From contig NC_087436.1 of the NCBI RefSeq assembly GCF_036321535.1, positions 87,050,001-87,114,000 on the forward strand: a stretch of DNA of 64,000 nt, in the 5' to 3' direction. The translations under genes were made by a program, and so were the position numbers. Positions 37,685 through 49,253 of this stretch are shown piece after piece (the first letter of the stretch is position 1; every line of letters begins with the position of its first letter). This DNA comes from Camelus dromedarius (taxonomy: Eukaryota). The notes beneath the pieces were generated by a model. That model made no database searches. It was given only the letters and a program-made list of their open reading frames with translations, and had not been told where the DNA came from.

Positions 37685-37895
37685 GCACTTGGGTTCATAG
37701 CCCAGCTCTGCTCCTTACTAACTGTGTGACCTTAGGCAAATTACTTCACCTCTCTGTGCCTAGTTCCTCTTCTGTAAGAAGGAGCTCCTAATAGTAGCTC
37801 CTTCATAAGAGTGCTCTGATGATTAGGTCAGTCCATACATATAAATCTCTAAGGACAGGAGCTGACGCATAGACAGCACTATGTAGGCGTTTGCT
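37685..37895 (+). mobile_element. MIR SINE
   Basis: tgggttcatagcccagctctgctccttactaactgtgtgaccttaggcaaattacttcacctctctgtgcct. Confidence 0.85.
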
Positions 37896-39609
37896 GTAAC
37901 AGTTGTAGTAAAGGATGAAATAGGCCTTCCCTTTGTCCTCTTCCGTAGCATCCTGTCTTTTCCTTTGTTGGGAGATGGGCTACACAGAAAGGGAGTCATT
38001 CTCAAGCTGAAGGTCCTATTAGCTGCAGCATATGGTCAGAGTTTACTGCCGACACCCATTGGTTTGGAAAGCTCGTGTTTGTCTACAGACTCTGAGGACT
38101 GGAACCTAAGCCCCACTTTTGCCTGTGCAGCAAGTCTTCTTATGCTTTCGTTTCTTACTGCAAATGTTCCAGTTTAATGAGAGGCTTAACCTCCTTCTTA
38201 GATGCCAGTGTTTGATGTGCTCCCATCCCTCGGCTGCAGCATTGGGAGGGTGTTAGGCAGATGTCTCAGGGCGAGAAGCTTAGGAGCCCTTTCTGACAAA
38301 GTAGTGTAGGGCTCTTGCATGGCTGGCTTTGGCAGAAGTCTCAAAGTGCTGCCCTGCACTGGAGAAAACTTTCCACAGATGCGTACTGTCTTCTGTGCCT
38401 CTGGCACGCTGAACAAGAGCCTTTAGAACAAGCAGGGCCCAAGGAGGCTTGATTCATCTTGTGCCCGGTGAAATATGGCACTCTGAACAGTCTGTAGGCC
38501 CAGTCTCTTTGTCAGCAGTCCCCAGCCCTGGCCACCAGCTGTTCTTTTCTAAGCGCTAAGCTCTGTTCTTCCTCCTGATTCCATCTACCTAACCCCACAC
38601 CTGCGAGCATCCTTTTCAAAAGAATCAGCAAAAGATAGGACTAAATAGGGGGCCAGGAAACTTGGCTCTGTCCTGTAGTCTAACTTCTAACTGCCTGTGT
38701 GAATGATAGCAAGTTGGTTAAGAGCTTTGGGATTTGGTTTCTTCATATTGAAGTTGAAAGGACTATACTCAAAATTTTAAAGAGTAATCCACTTCTCATT
38801 TGAAGGATGGATGAATGGATGAACAGATAGACAAATGAACCACTTTTTAATCTGCAGAGCAAACCACTTTCTTTAAGCAGATGAAAGGAGGAAAAAAGTC
38901 ATGGTGCAGCAAAAAATAAAAATAAATAAGCCACAGAGTAGTCAAAGCCAAGACCAGCTTAGAACAAATGTTTTTCTGTACAGTCTTGGATTGAAATAAA
39001 GTGAATACCCTCTATACAAGTCGAGTTTTCCTGAGAAGTTGGTTGTTTAGAGTCAGTTCTGCAGAAAAGAAAGAAGCACCTTCAGTAGCAGGACCGAGAG
39101 AGTCCCTGGCGGCACCAACACCAACCAGCAAAGCCAAGGTCAGCAGCACTGACTGATGAGGATGTGGCTGTGGCAGCTACGCAAGGTTTCTTGGAAACTG
39201 ATGTCCTAAGCCATCTTTAAGGTATGCCACAGTCGAGAGGTCGGACCAGTTTCTCAAAATTGTCTCTGCCTGATGTGTAATGTCAGAAACCGTTGCTGTA
39301 CTCGGTACCTTTCTTCAAGAGCTAGAATCAGGTCAATACGTCTTCTAGACCTAATCGTTCATCATCTCGCCCTCAAAAGAGTAACCAGAGACATAGAAAC
39401 AAGTATTTTATTTTTCATATTTTGATCAACTGTACTATTTTTAAAAGCCCAGCTTGTTCTGAAAGAGATATTGGCCATTTAAAGAAAAAAAGAGCGTTTC
39501 TAGTTATAAGATCAATTTTTTTTGCAACTTCAACTATTTCGTGTGTAACACCCATGGTGGTCTCATCAGACTCTGCCAAACGTTCAGGCTAGCCTCACGA
39601 GACTGTCAT

Positions 39610-40025
39610 ATAGGGCCACCTTGTGATTTTCACGGCCTTAAGCACTTTGCCTTCATAGAGCTCTTTCTGTATAAATAGAAATATATATATATTTAAATAA
39701 ATATTTATTGAATATTATACATAAAATTAAAATTCTATATATAAATATATTTATTTGAATAAATTTATTGACTATACATTCATATGTGTATTTATATTCA
39801 TATATATTTACATGTATTCAATTACATACATAATTATATCATACAATTGCGTCAGTATAGAAACAAATATATTAACATTATATATCAAGACATTATCTTT
39901 GACCTAAGAGTTCATTTTTTTTCTTGTGATTTTTAAAAGAAATTAATACATTTTCATGGGTCCCTAACAGTCTTGTGGGCCCTAGGCATCAAGCATTCTG
40001 TGCCTTGTGGGCAAGTCAGCTGTGT
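39610..40025. mobile_element. Probable hAT (Tip100-like) DNA transposon fossil with AT-rich interior
   Basis: Ends agggccaccttgtgatttt...gcactttgcctt and gtgggccctaggcatc...ctgtgccttgtgggcaagtcagctgtg resemble Tip100-group termini. Interior 39670-39890 is low-complexity AT. Confidence 0.5.
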
Positions 40026-40639
40026 GATCGTAGTCCCCACTTGGACCAGTCTGCCCAGGACAGGAACATAGCTCACTACAGGGAGCAGCAGATGTGTTTC
40101 TTGTTTGAAGTAGTCCTTGCGGGCATCCATGAAGCAGTCATGCAGCTACCTAGGAGCTATTCGGTTTGGTCTGAGGTGACAGCTGAGGAGTGAGGGACTA
40201 GACTCACATGAGGGGATGGCTGGGGGCAGGATTCCACTCGCTTAAAAACCTCATAACCTACAGGAGCCAATTTCTCTGGAACAACTCCACAGACAGAGCT
40301 TCCAGCATTCCTCCAAGAGACATGGCCAATTAGACAAGAGTCATTGTTTTCAGTGAAGCCCAAAGCCCTGGCTTTCTGTCCACTATTTATAGTTATTCCA
40401 GCCTAATGCAATTGACTAAGCAGGGGTCATTTTTATCATAAGCAATCTTGCCTGGCTAGAGTTTGACATTCTTCCCTTATCAGGTTTCCAGGGAAACAGA
40501 GCTAGAAAGTTAACTAAAGGTCAAATTCTTATGCAGAAGGAAAAAGAGGTTTAATAATCCTTTGCCTACAACATGCAACTTGCCCATTGTTAAGGGAATA
40601 ATTACATTAGTGTTTCAATTCAGACTTTCTGGTGTGTCT

Positions 40640-41007
40640 GTGGCAGAGACAATGCTACGTATGTTCCCCAAACTCCATTTCCTTTTCCTCCTGGCACAGT
40701 TAGATCACATTTTCCAAATTCCCTTGCAGGTAGATGTAGGCTTGTGACTAATTCTGGCCAATGAGCAATGGGCAGAAGTGATACAGATCACTTTCAGGCC
40801 GAGCCCATAAAATCTCTCTGGAAATCCTCCATACACTCTCTCTTTCATCCTCTGCTGATGAGATGCAAAAGCTTTAGTGTGGGATTCCTGTGCCCTGGGG
40901 AGTGGTGGAGCCTCTCAATAGCAGGAACCTGGGTGTCTGAATGACTGTGTAGGGCAGAGACCCCCTGCTGCCACCACACACTGGATGTGGCACAAGTGAG
41001 AAATAAG
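40640..41007 (+). mobile_element. MaLR LTR (MLT1I/J-like)
   Basis: tgtggcaga...cattttccaaattcccttgcaggtagatgtaggcttgtgactaattctggccaatgag...gggcagaagtga...ctgaatgactgtgt...gtgagaaataa. Confidence 0.8.
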
Positions 41008-41102
41008 GATGAATCTGTCTGTTTTTAATTCCTCTCCTTCCCCGCTAAAAGGTGAACTGACAGTGAATATTCAGTTACTAAATTAAAATACTCTAGTTAA
41101 CC

Positions 41103-41197
41103 TTTTTTTTCTTTTTCAGTTAATGGGGGTACAGAGAACTGAAACCAGGACCTCGTGCATGTAGGCATGTGCCGTACCACTGAGCTCTACCCACCCC
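41103..41197 (-). mobile_element. tRNA-derived SINE with TSD
   Basis: Poly-T...ggtacagagaactgaaaccaggacctcgtgcatgtaggcatgtgccgtaccactgagctctacccaccccc. Flanked by ctagttaacc / ctagctaacc. Confidence 0.82.
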
Positions 41198-41859
41198 CTA
41201 GCTAACCCTCTTATGTTGAGGCAAACTACAGGAGTACGCTCCCCTCTGGCCCTCTCTAACATGTGAAGAAAACTTTGAGCAGGGCCCTCAGGGAAGACAT
41301 CTGTCTCCCCATCACCACTTTCTATGGTCCTTTGCTGAGAAGTGGGTAGCTTCTGGCTGAATAGAAAATTCCATGACAGTTAGCGGGTCCTCATCTAAGA
41401 AGCTACTGCCAAAGCAGTTCATTCCACTCAGATTTCAGTGACATGATCTGGGGCAGAAAAAAATCCTAAGTGCGGAAGGAGCCAAAAGTTCTCATGATTA
41501 AAACCCTAATTGGGAAGACTAAGAAATGCGTCTGCTAAGAAGTCACAAGACAAGGACTGCTTTGTACCTGAGAAAGTCTTTCCCAAATCGTGCTCTTTAA
41601 ATGGACGTTGTTATTCAGTTGTGCTGTGCCTAGTTGTTTTAAAGAAGAATCTAGAGGTCTTTTTTTAAATATAATATTTAAGTAGGAAAACCTATCAACA
41701 TCTCTTTAAATTAATAATACTTTTATCATTTAATGGGCTTTTGATTACAAGTGAAAATAGAAAAAGGAAAAAGCTGAAACCAGCTTAAACAAGAAAGGTA
41801 GTGTATGGGGTCGTATGTCTTAAAAATCCAGAGACAGGACAGCTTCAAGTGGTGAGGGG

Positions 41860-42065
41860 CCATTGCTGGAGTGATGGGGAGGACAGCAAATAAATAGGGA
41901 GGAGCAAGTTCCTGCTTGCTTTTCCTGCCTCCAGTCTCCTTCCCGTGCCCCCTGTTGGCGGAGTCTAGCAGATCTAGATGGCAAAGCACAAATATGTTTT
42001 GCAGGCCAGCATCTCAGAACTGAGTAGAGGAGGGAGGGTTTGGGGTCTAGAGACAACAGCATAAT
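41860..42065. mobile_element. ERVL-type LTR fragment (LTR33/LTR41-like)
   Basis: ttcctgcctccagtctccttcccgtgccccctgttggcgg...tttgcaggccagc...gagggtttggggtctagagacaa. Family assignment by eye only. Confidence 0.4.
41945..41959 (-). promoter_or_regulatory. Candidate CTCF motif
   Basis: Minus strand GCCAACAGGGGGCAC versus the CTCF core CCASYAGRKGGCRS; one mismatch. Confidence 0.4.
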
Positions 42066-42069
42066 AATG

Positions 42070-42180
42070 GTGGGGTGTGGGTACAGCTCAGTGGTAGAGC
42101 ACATGCCTAGCACGCACGAGGTCCTGGATTCAATTCCCAGTGCCTATACTGAAAAAAAGAAAAGAAAGAAAAGAAAAAAA
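42070..42180 (+). mobile_element. tRNA-derived SINE (short form)
   Basis: gggtacagctcagtggtagagcacatgcctagcacgcacgaggtcctggattcaattcccagtg plus A-rich tail. Confidence 0.85.
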
Positions 42181-43029
42181 TGCATTTAAAAAAATCTCAT
42201 CTTTCTGTAGAAAATGATGTTTTAAAGTTGCTATCATGTGAGAAGACAATCATATGAAAATGTCATATAAATGTCAGGAGAGAATGCAGTCAAGAAATGT
42301 GAGAAATGAGTATTATAGAGGTATGTCAAGCAGTTTGTTAATAAAAGCATTTTTGTGATTTTTCTGGATTATGTGATGTGTTTGTTATCTTCTACTTTTC
42401 TGTATTAAAATTGTAGCTTCTTTTCTCACTCTAAATACGTTACCTACATACCTTAAAAAAGAATAAAAAAGATTGACAACATTGCCCAGTAACATACAAG
42501 GATCACAAAGTCCCAGGAGAGAAAGTATGAACGGAATAGCGCTCACAAATCTCTGCTCACCCCGTCCCCAGGGAAACCCTAGCTCAAGGGGCATCTTCTC
42601 CCTGGAGTGTCACTCTCCAGAGCTTAGCTGAAAGTGGAGCAGGGGAGAGAGCGGAATTCCTAACACCCCACACTGCCTTCTTTCCCCTGCCTCCCAGTCT
42701 GTGGGGGCTTCTGGAGCCCCAAGAGCCATCCTGTCTCCCTGGTACACTGTGCCTGGCACAAAGGAGGTGCCGGGCACAGTGTTTTTGCTGGATGACAGGA
42801 CCGGCTCTTCTCAGCATCACTACTCTTCCTTCTTTTGAACGTGCATCCTATGGAGAGCAACGGCCTTTTTTGTTTTTGTAGGTTGGACGGTATACTCCCT
42901 TCCTCTCTTAAATGTGACAGCCTATGTGTATTTCTCTGTGGTTCTGCTTGAAGTTATTCTACCTAACTGTATATAGACGAATAAAACAAATAAATGTAAC
43001 CATAACATGAAAAGGTCTGTTCATGTTAT

Positions 43030-43370
43030 GGTTATGATGGCTCCACCAGTCATCACCCACCTGGCTTCCTTCCAACTCTCTGCTCCAGCATCTCTAAGGA
43101 ATGGCTCTGTCTTCCACAGTGGTTGCTGGAGCTCCAGCCATCACTTCCATGTTCCAGGCAGCAGAACAGAGAAAGGGGAGGAAAAAGGAGACTTTAAAAA
43201 GTCCCACTTTTAAAAAAAGGAGACTTCTGAAAGTCCCACTCCCCTTTTATTCATGTCTCATGGCCCAGAACTTTCATACCCAGTAGCAAGGAAGCCTGGA
43301 GAATGGAGTCTTTCAGCTAACTGATCATGTGCCTGGCCAAAAGTTGGATTCTCTTCCTAAGGAAGAAATT
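43030..43370 (-). mobile_element. MaLR LTR (MLT1-like)
   Basis: gctccagccatcacttccatgttccaggcagcag...tcattggcccagaact...gcaaggaagcctggagaatggagtcttt. Confidence 0.65.
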
Positions 43371-43496
43371 GATGACTATTTGATGATAATGCTAGTAAGA
43401 CAACAGAGTATTAGCCAAAGGACTTCTCAGTGGGGAGCATTTTAAAGAGATTAAAGTTTAAGAGATTAAATGTCCAGAAAGGCTGAAATGATAGAA

Positions 43497-43559
43497 GAGG
43501 TCCTGGGTTCTGGGTTCAATCCCCAGTAGCACCACTTACAAAAAAAAAAAAAAAAAAAA
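43497..43559 (+). mobile_element. 5'-truncated tRNA-derived SINE
   Basis: gaggtcctgggttctgggttcaatccccagtagcacca plus A20. AAGAGG on both sides. Confidence 0.7.
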
Positions 43560-43789
43560 GAGGATCTGTAGAGTTCAGAGGCCATTCCATGACCCTTTTT
43601 TTAACATTGAAAATATTTTTGGATTATTTTATGATTCCAGAGGCATACCTATTCATTTTTTAAATTTTGGAAAAAGAAGAAAACAATGTCCCCTACTCCC
43701 AGAACCTAAAGTTAGCCCTAATCTAGTTTGGCTTCACTATAGTCTATTCCATGCATAAATGATTTATTAATTTTTAATGTAAGAATAAA

Positions 43790-44754
43790 AAGATCATTCT
43801 TGCTGTATGCACGTGTAGTGGTGATTTAACTGTGCTTTTTAAAAAAGCAATACAATGAAAGGGCTTCCTCCCACCTTTGTCCCTTGTCCAATCCCCCACT
43901 CCATGACCACTGCTCACAGTGGTCTCTGTATATCACAGCAGAGTTAATTTTTTGCATGTTTCAGCAAATGCAAACTTTCTTATACCCTCCGGCACATGTT
44001 ACACAAATGCCAGCCCATCATACACAGCAGGCCTCATCACCTTGCTTTTTGCTATATCAGCACAGAACTTCCCTCTTTGCATGCATCCCATTGATTAAAC
44101 TGCCCCCCTACTGATGGGCACATGAGTTGTTTTCAATCTTTGCTGTTATAAATAGCCCTTAATGGATCTCATTTGCATATATGAGCATATTTATAGGATA
44201 AATTCCTAGATTTGGAATTGCTAGGTCAGATGTATGTGTTTTATTTTGTTTTTGTTTTTGTTTTTTAATTGAATAATAGTCAATTTACAATGTGTTAATT
44301 TCTGGTATACAGCATAGTGATTTACATATACATATATACATATATACATATATATATATATTCCTTTTCATATTCTTTCTCATTATAGGCTATTACAAGG
44401 TATTGAATATAGTCCCCTGTGCTATAAAGTAGGTCCTAGTTGTTTATCTATTTTATATATAATAGTTAGTATCTATAAACTCCAAACTCCCACTTTATCC
44501 CTCCAACGCCCCCTTCCCCATACCCCGTAACCACAAGTTTGTTTTCTATGTCTGTGAGTATGTCTCTGTTTTGTAAATAAATTCATTTGTATTCTTTTAT
44601 TTGTTTATTTATTTTAGATTCCACATATAAGTGATATCATATGGTATTTTTCTTTCTCTTTCTGTCTTACTTCACATAGTACGACAATCTCCAAGTCCAT
44701 CCATGTTACTGCAAATGGCATTATTTTATTCTTTTTTATGACTGAGTAGTATTC

Positions 44755-44793
<39 letters not shown>

Positions 44794-44990
44794 ATCAGAT
44801 GCATTTGTAATTTTGATAGGTATTGCCCAACTCTCCACACTGGTTGTAACAATTTATACTCCCACCAGCAGTATTGGAGCGTGTCTGTTTCCCCAAGGCC
44901 TCATCAAAAGAGTGTCTTTTCAAACCTCTGGATTTTTGCCTGTGTGATAAATCTACAAATCTATCTTGGCATTACAGCTTTATTATGAGG
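43790..44990 (-). mobile_element. Old L1 (L1M-type), split by a younger L1 insertion
   Basis: ggataaattcctagatttggaattgctaggtcaga before the insertion continues as gcatttgtaattttgataggtattgccc...caatttatactcccaccagcagt after it. Confidence 0.75.
44240..44790 (-). mobile_element. Younger L1 3' end (ORF2 C-terminus plus 3' UTR) with internal (TA)n and (GT)15
   Basis: Minus-strand translation YYSVIKKNKIMPFAVTWMDLEIVVLCEVRQKEKEKYHMISLICGI is the L1 ORF2 C-terminus. The 3' UTR is the same type as the 27154 copy. T-rich tail at 44240-44267. Confidence 0.9.
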
Positions 44991-46065
44991 AAAGTTGACT
45001 CATAGTTTTTGTTTTTGTTTATTTTAATTTCTTTGTTATTGGTGTCTCTGCCCAGTACTTTCCATTTTATGAGTGTTTACCTATGAGATCTCTGGCACAC
45101 AGTGGTTGATTTGATGAATAAACAGAGGAGAGCTGCACCCTCAAATCAACACTTGCTATTTCTTCCAGCATCTTTTCCATGATCAATGCACCAGTTACCT
45201 TCTAGCTAAAGGATTGTTTATGATTTTGATGGTTTACACCCTGCTTTATTCCTAAAATAGTTTAAGTAAGAAAGTTGGAATAAAGGGAAAATAGGAATAA
45301 AAGATGACTAAGACATGGTAGTAAGGAGACCCAAGGAAAGAGGTGGGGGGAACCTGCTTAGAATATACATTGGTCAGAGGCAGCCACCTCCAAATAGTAC
45401 CCAACCGTGGATAGATTTAGCCCCTTTACCAAACTACCATTGTTGCAAATTCACATCAACTTAATTTTACTAAAATTCTGATAGTACCATGTGGCCAGCT
45501 TTCTCTAAGCCCTGACCTTGGTCAGATTCCTTTCTGGCATCTTGGCTTCTTTTTCTGGCCAAGTTTGTACTTGGAGTTGACCTCTCTAAAAGAAGGAGGG
45601 ATTGCTTGGGGCTTGGAGATTGACAATACATTGAAAGAAAGCATTCAGGAGCCTAGCGGAGAGAGCATAATTCCAAGAATGTTTAGGAAATACTAGAAAC
45701 ACTGAAGACCATCTTCATGTCTATATCAGATGACAGTGCTTTGCTTTTCCATATACTTCAGGCATAAAATTGTCACTTTAAATTTGCATTGAAAAGTTAG
45801 TCAGACTATGATTATACAGCTCTGGTAAGAGGTATTTGCTTGTGGAAGGGAATGTGAGAAAAAAAAATAATGCTAGTGTAATGGGGTAAAAATTTACCCC
45901 CAAAAAACCATGTTGTTACATTGTCCTTTCATACACACAAAATCAAAGCCATTGCTCAGTATCAAAATAAACTTGTTTTGCTTCATTTGGTTCAGATAAA
46001 GCCATCCTCTCTCCAGACAAAGCAACAAACCCTCTTACTTACAGCACAATATTTTGTCTTTCCAG

Positions 46066-46200
46066 GCATCCTACAAGCCATTGCTGAAGCAGGTTGTGGA
46101 GGAAATATTTAATCCCGAGAGGCCAGATCCAGTTGATATTGAACACATGTCTTCAGGCCTCACTGATCTCCTGAAGACTGGATTTAGCATGTTCATGAAG
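46066..46200 (+). CDS. SCFD2: SCFD2 internal coding exon (probably exon 7), 135 bp, phase 0 to 0
   Basis: Acceptor ttttgtctttccag|, donor AAG|gtaaag. Translates ASYKPLLKQVVEEIFNPERPDPVDIEHMSSGLTDLLKTGFSMFMK. Confidence 0.95.
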
Positions 46201-49123
46201 GTAAAGTAACCACGACGAGGCAATCCTGAGCATAATGCTCTCCTTGCTAGGCATGTAAATGCTGGCACCCGCTTTGCCCTGGCGAGGACCCCAGAAGATA
46301 ACGTCTGGTATTTGGCTTTTCTGAGATTGGGCGCAGTCTTTATTTAACTTTCATTTATAAGCAGCCTGAGCTTCCAGCCTCATACAGCTTCTCTTGACCT
46401 AAGCCTTCTGATCTTTTCTGATCAATAGGTCAGGACACAGGCCTCCAGGTTAGCACTATCAAATACTTCTCTCATGTCCCACAGTTTCACTCAGTGGGAA
46501 TCCACATCCCATTTACAGATCTTGGTGATAGTCCTGTGCTTTTAATTCTAGAACTCATTATGTGGGATAAGGAAGAACTTTGTTCAGTCATATAACTAGC
46601 ATCACCCCCAAATCCACTTGAAAATTACTTTTATTTTGGCTTAGCAGACTCCTGGGGGACAAGCACGAGAATTTCTCTGGCTAATATTGAGGGTAGGTCA
46701 AAATTACTGAACAGCTTTTGCAGCGGAGATGAAAGGAGGAAAAGTACACAAATGTGATCTATTTTTAACCCACTGTAAAGTTTCTAAATTTAAAAGAGCT
46801 AAACAAGATTACAGTCTGACCTCTTTGTCTATGCCAGGATTTCAGTTGTAATAACTCTTGGAAATAACAGAATGTTTTGCCAGCTTCAAAGCCTCTTTGA
46901 AATCATGAATTAATCTACATGGAAGATCTGGACTTTCAGAGTTCAATAAATGCATGTGCCAGGAAAACCGGTCCATTCCAAAAGCCAGAGGACAGAAGGC
47001 AATCAGACTGTAAACCAACCAGTAAGTGGCTGGAATGGACACCAGTTCTCCTTCCTGCTACTCCCAATTATAATCAGCTTCTGATGCAACGCATGTCTAG
47101 TGCATTTTCCCTCTCTATTTTTTTTAACTAATGCACACAGATCACTGTCTCAAAAGTGTTCAGGGGCTCCTGTGTTAAATGTAAGCCCAGGATGGTCCAG
47201 CAGCCCTTCATGGTGGCCAGTTCATAAAGAAGCTTCCAGGCTAGACATGGTCTCTGACCTTCTCCACCCAGGCACCCTATTCCTTCATTCATTAGCTTGG
47301 CCTTAACCTTGAAGAGAGACTAAAATAACAAGTGTGGACTTTCCGGCCCTGGTCAGTCAGGTCTGAGGACGGCCCATTGAGTCCTCTCCCAGTCAGGCTG
47401 CTGCCTCCATGGTCGGGCCAAGGGCACATGCATCTGCTCACGGCAGGAGTTTCTCATTTGCAGGGAGGCATGGTGTCAATGAGAGGAGGCCCTGACTCAC
47501 TCTTTGGCCAGTGATGTTCCACAGAAAGAACTTTTTTCTGGCAAAAGTGTTCCGTGAACAAGTATGTTTGGGGAACACTGGGTTAAACAGAAAATTAACC
47601 CCAGATTCTTTGCTGCAGGATTTCACAGTGCCTTTAGTATGCTGATGGACTTTGCAGCTCTCCTGAGGCTGATACAGAATGTCTGTGGTGGGTGGACTGT
47701 CTGTTTGTATTTTCCATCACTGATTCATGAACTGTGAGACATCACGTTTTTAAATTACCCTTTTAAACTCTGCAGAGTGTTTTCTGAAGCTCTTCCTATG
47801 GCCAGAAGCTTCACTATCATAGGCAGGCTTTGCCTGGGAAGATGTTTGGAACTGTCCTAGACCAGCACTGGATGGCTGTTTCTCTCCACTCAAACCCCTG
47901 GAGTTAAGGCTTCTGCGCCTGGAGACTGATTGCAGAGGGATGTTTTTCCATGTAACAGATTTAAGAAAAAGGAATGTGTGTTCTCCCAGCAGCTGTCAAG
48001 ACCCACTCCTAGACACCCAGCTGCCGGGCCTCTGCTCTCAGTTGCCAGGGGTGTCTCATCTGTCTGCTGGGGGCGGGAGGGTCTCGGTGGGCTGACCTAG
48101 AGCCCTCCCCACCCCCAGGACCCCCAGGGAGAGCCGTTTTGTTCTGTTTCTACATGGGCCTCCATGGCTGGCCCTTCCCACCATTCCATAGAACTCAGCA
48201 AGGAAAGGTACTTCTCTCTGGCCCCCGTGTTCATGGTTTGAACAAAGTTGGGATAAACATAAAGAGGACAGGAGGGCTTTGAGGAGCTAACCATGATTTC
48301 CCAGAGCTACATCTCCGAGATGAGGTTGAAACCATCAGGAGAGGGTATCTTCTACTTTGCTTTCAGGCTGATGGAAAGAAGAGATGTACAGCCATTTACA
48401 GTCTCCCTGGTCCTGATTTCCCATGCTTCTCACTACCCAAATTTTAAAGCTAACCCGTCGTCAGCTGTTCCTTGGGATCAGCCATTCTCATGTTCAGACC
48501 TCACAACACCCCTGTCATTATCCCTCCTCTACCCATGAGGACTCTGAGGCCCAGAAAGGCGAAGCAGTAGATACGGACTTCCAGAAGGCAGGGATTGGGT
48601 CATGCTTCCTTCTGTTCTCAGATATCTTCCAAAGAGCACACGGGAAATGGGACGCCAGGATTTGGCCCTCCGTCAGTCTTATTCTAAAGCCTATGCTCTT
48701 AATCACCACATTTCTTGGCTTCAAGGATGCTTCCAGGTCTTTTCTTGGAAGTTGAATCTTCCTGTGTCATTAATTCTTTTCTTCACGATGACTCATTGGC
48801 ACAGACACTTTCCCTATCTGGTGTCTATTGCAACTCCTCAATAAACTCCATGCCTGGACTGGTCACCAAGACAGCCCATGTGAGGGAGCTCTCCCAGGGG
48901 TCATCCACTGGTACCCCATCTGCTTCTCTGGGACTTGGCCCCAGGAGTCAGTGCAGTGCAGCCCTAGGAGAAGAAATGTGTGCTTAGCGTTGAGTTGCCC
49001 CTACACACTGCATCCTCCCTCTGTATCAGCAGCCATAGCCATTACTTTCCTGCCACTGGCTGCCTTGCTCTTTGCCCCTGGGACTGGCTTCCCCCACGTC
49101 TCATTCAAGACCCACTGGTGACC

Positions 49124-49253
49124 GGGGAGGGTACAGCTCAGCGGTAGAGTGCGTGCTTAGCATGCAGGAGGTCCTGGGATCAATCCTCAGAACCTACATT
49201 TAAATAAATAAATAAACCTAGTTTCCTCTCCCTCCAAAAAAAAAAAAAAAAAG
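49124..49253 (+). mobile_element. tRNA-derived SINE (long-tail form) with TSD
   Basis: ggggagggtacagctcagcggtagagtgcgtgcttagcatgcaggaggtcctggg...(AAAT)n AAACCTAGTTTCCTCTCCC poly-A. CCCACTGGTG at 49111-49120 and 49254-49263. Confidence 0.9.

Larger units (their letters stand above)
34188..46065 (+). other. SCFD2: SCFD2 GC-AG intron (11,878 bp)
   Basis: Starts GCAAGT and ends tttccag. This is the only nearby donor that keeps the frame into the next exon. Confidence 0.88.

Noticed and set aside
39065..39221. Possible cryptic exon ending AAG|GTATGC
   Set aside because: Weak acceptor, no SCFD2-like coding content, and such site pairs are common by chance.
44614..44838. ORF with TWMDLE motif
   Set aside because: C-terminus of a truncated L1 ORF2 fused to a CA repeat.
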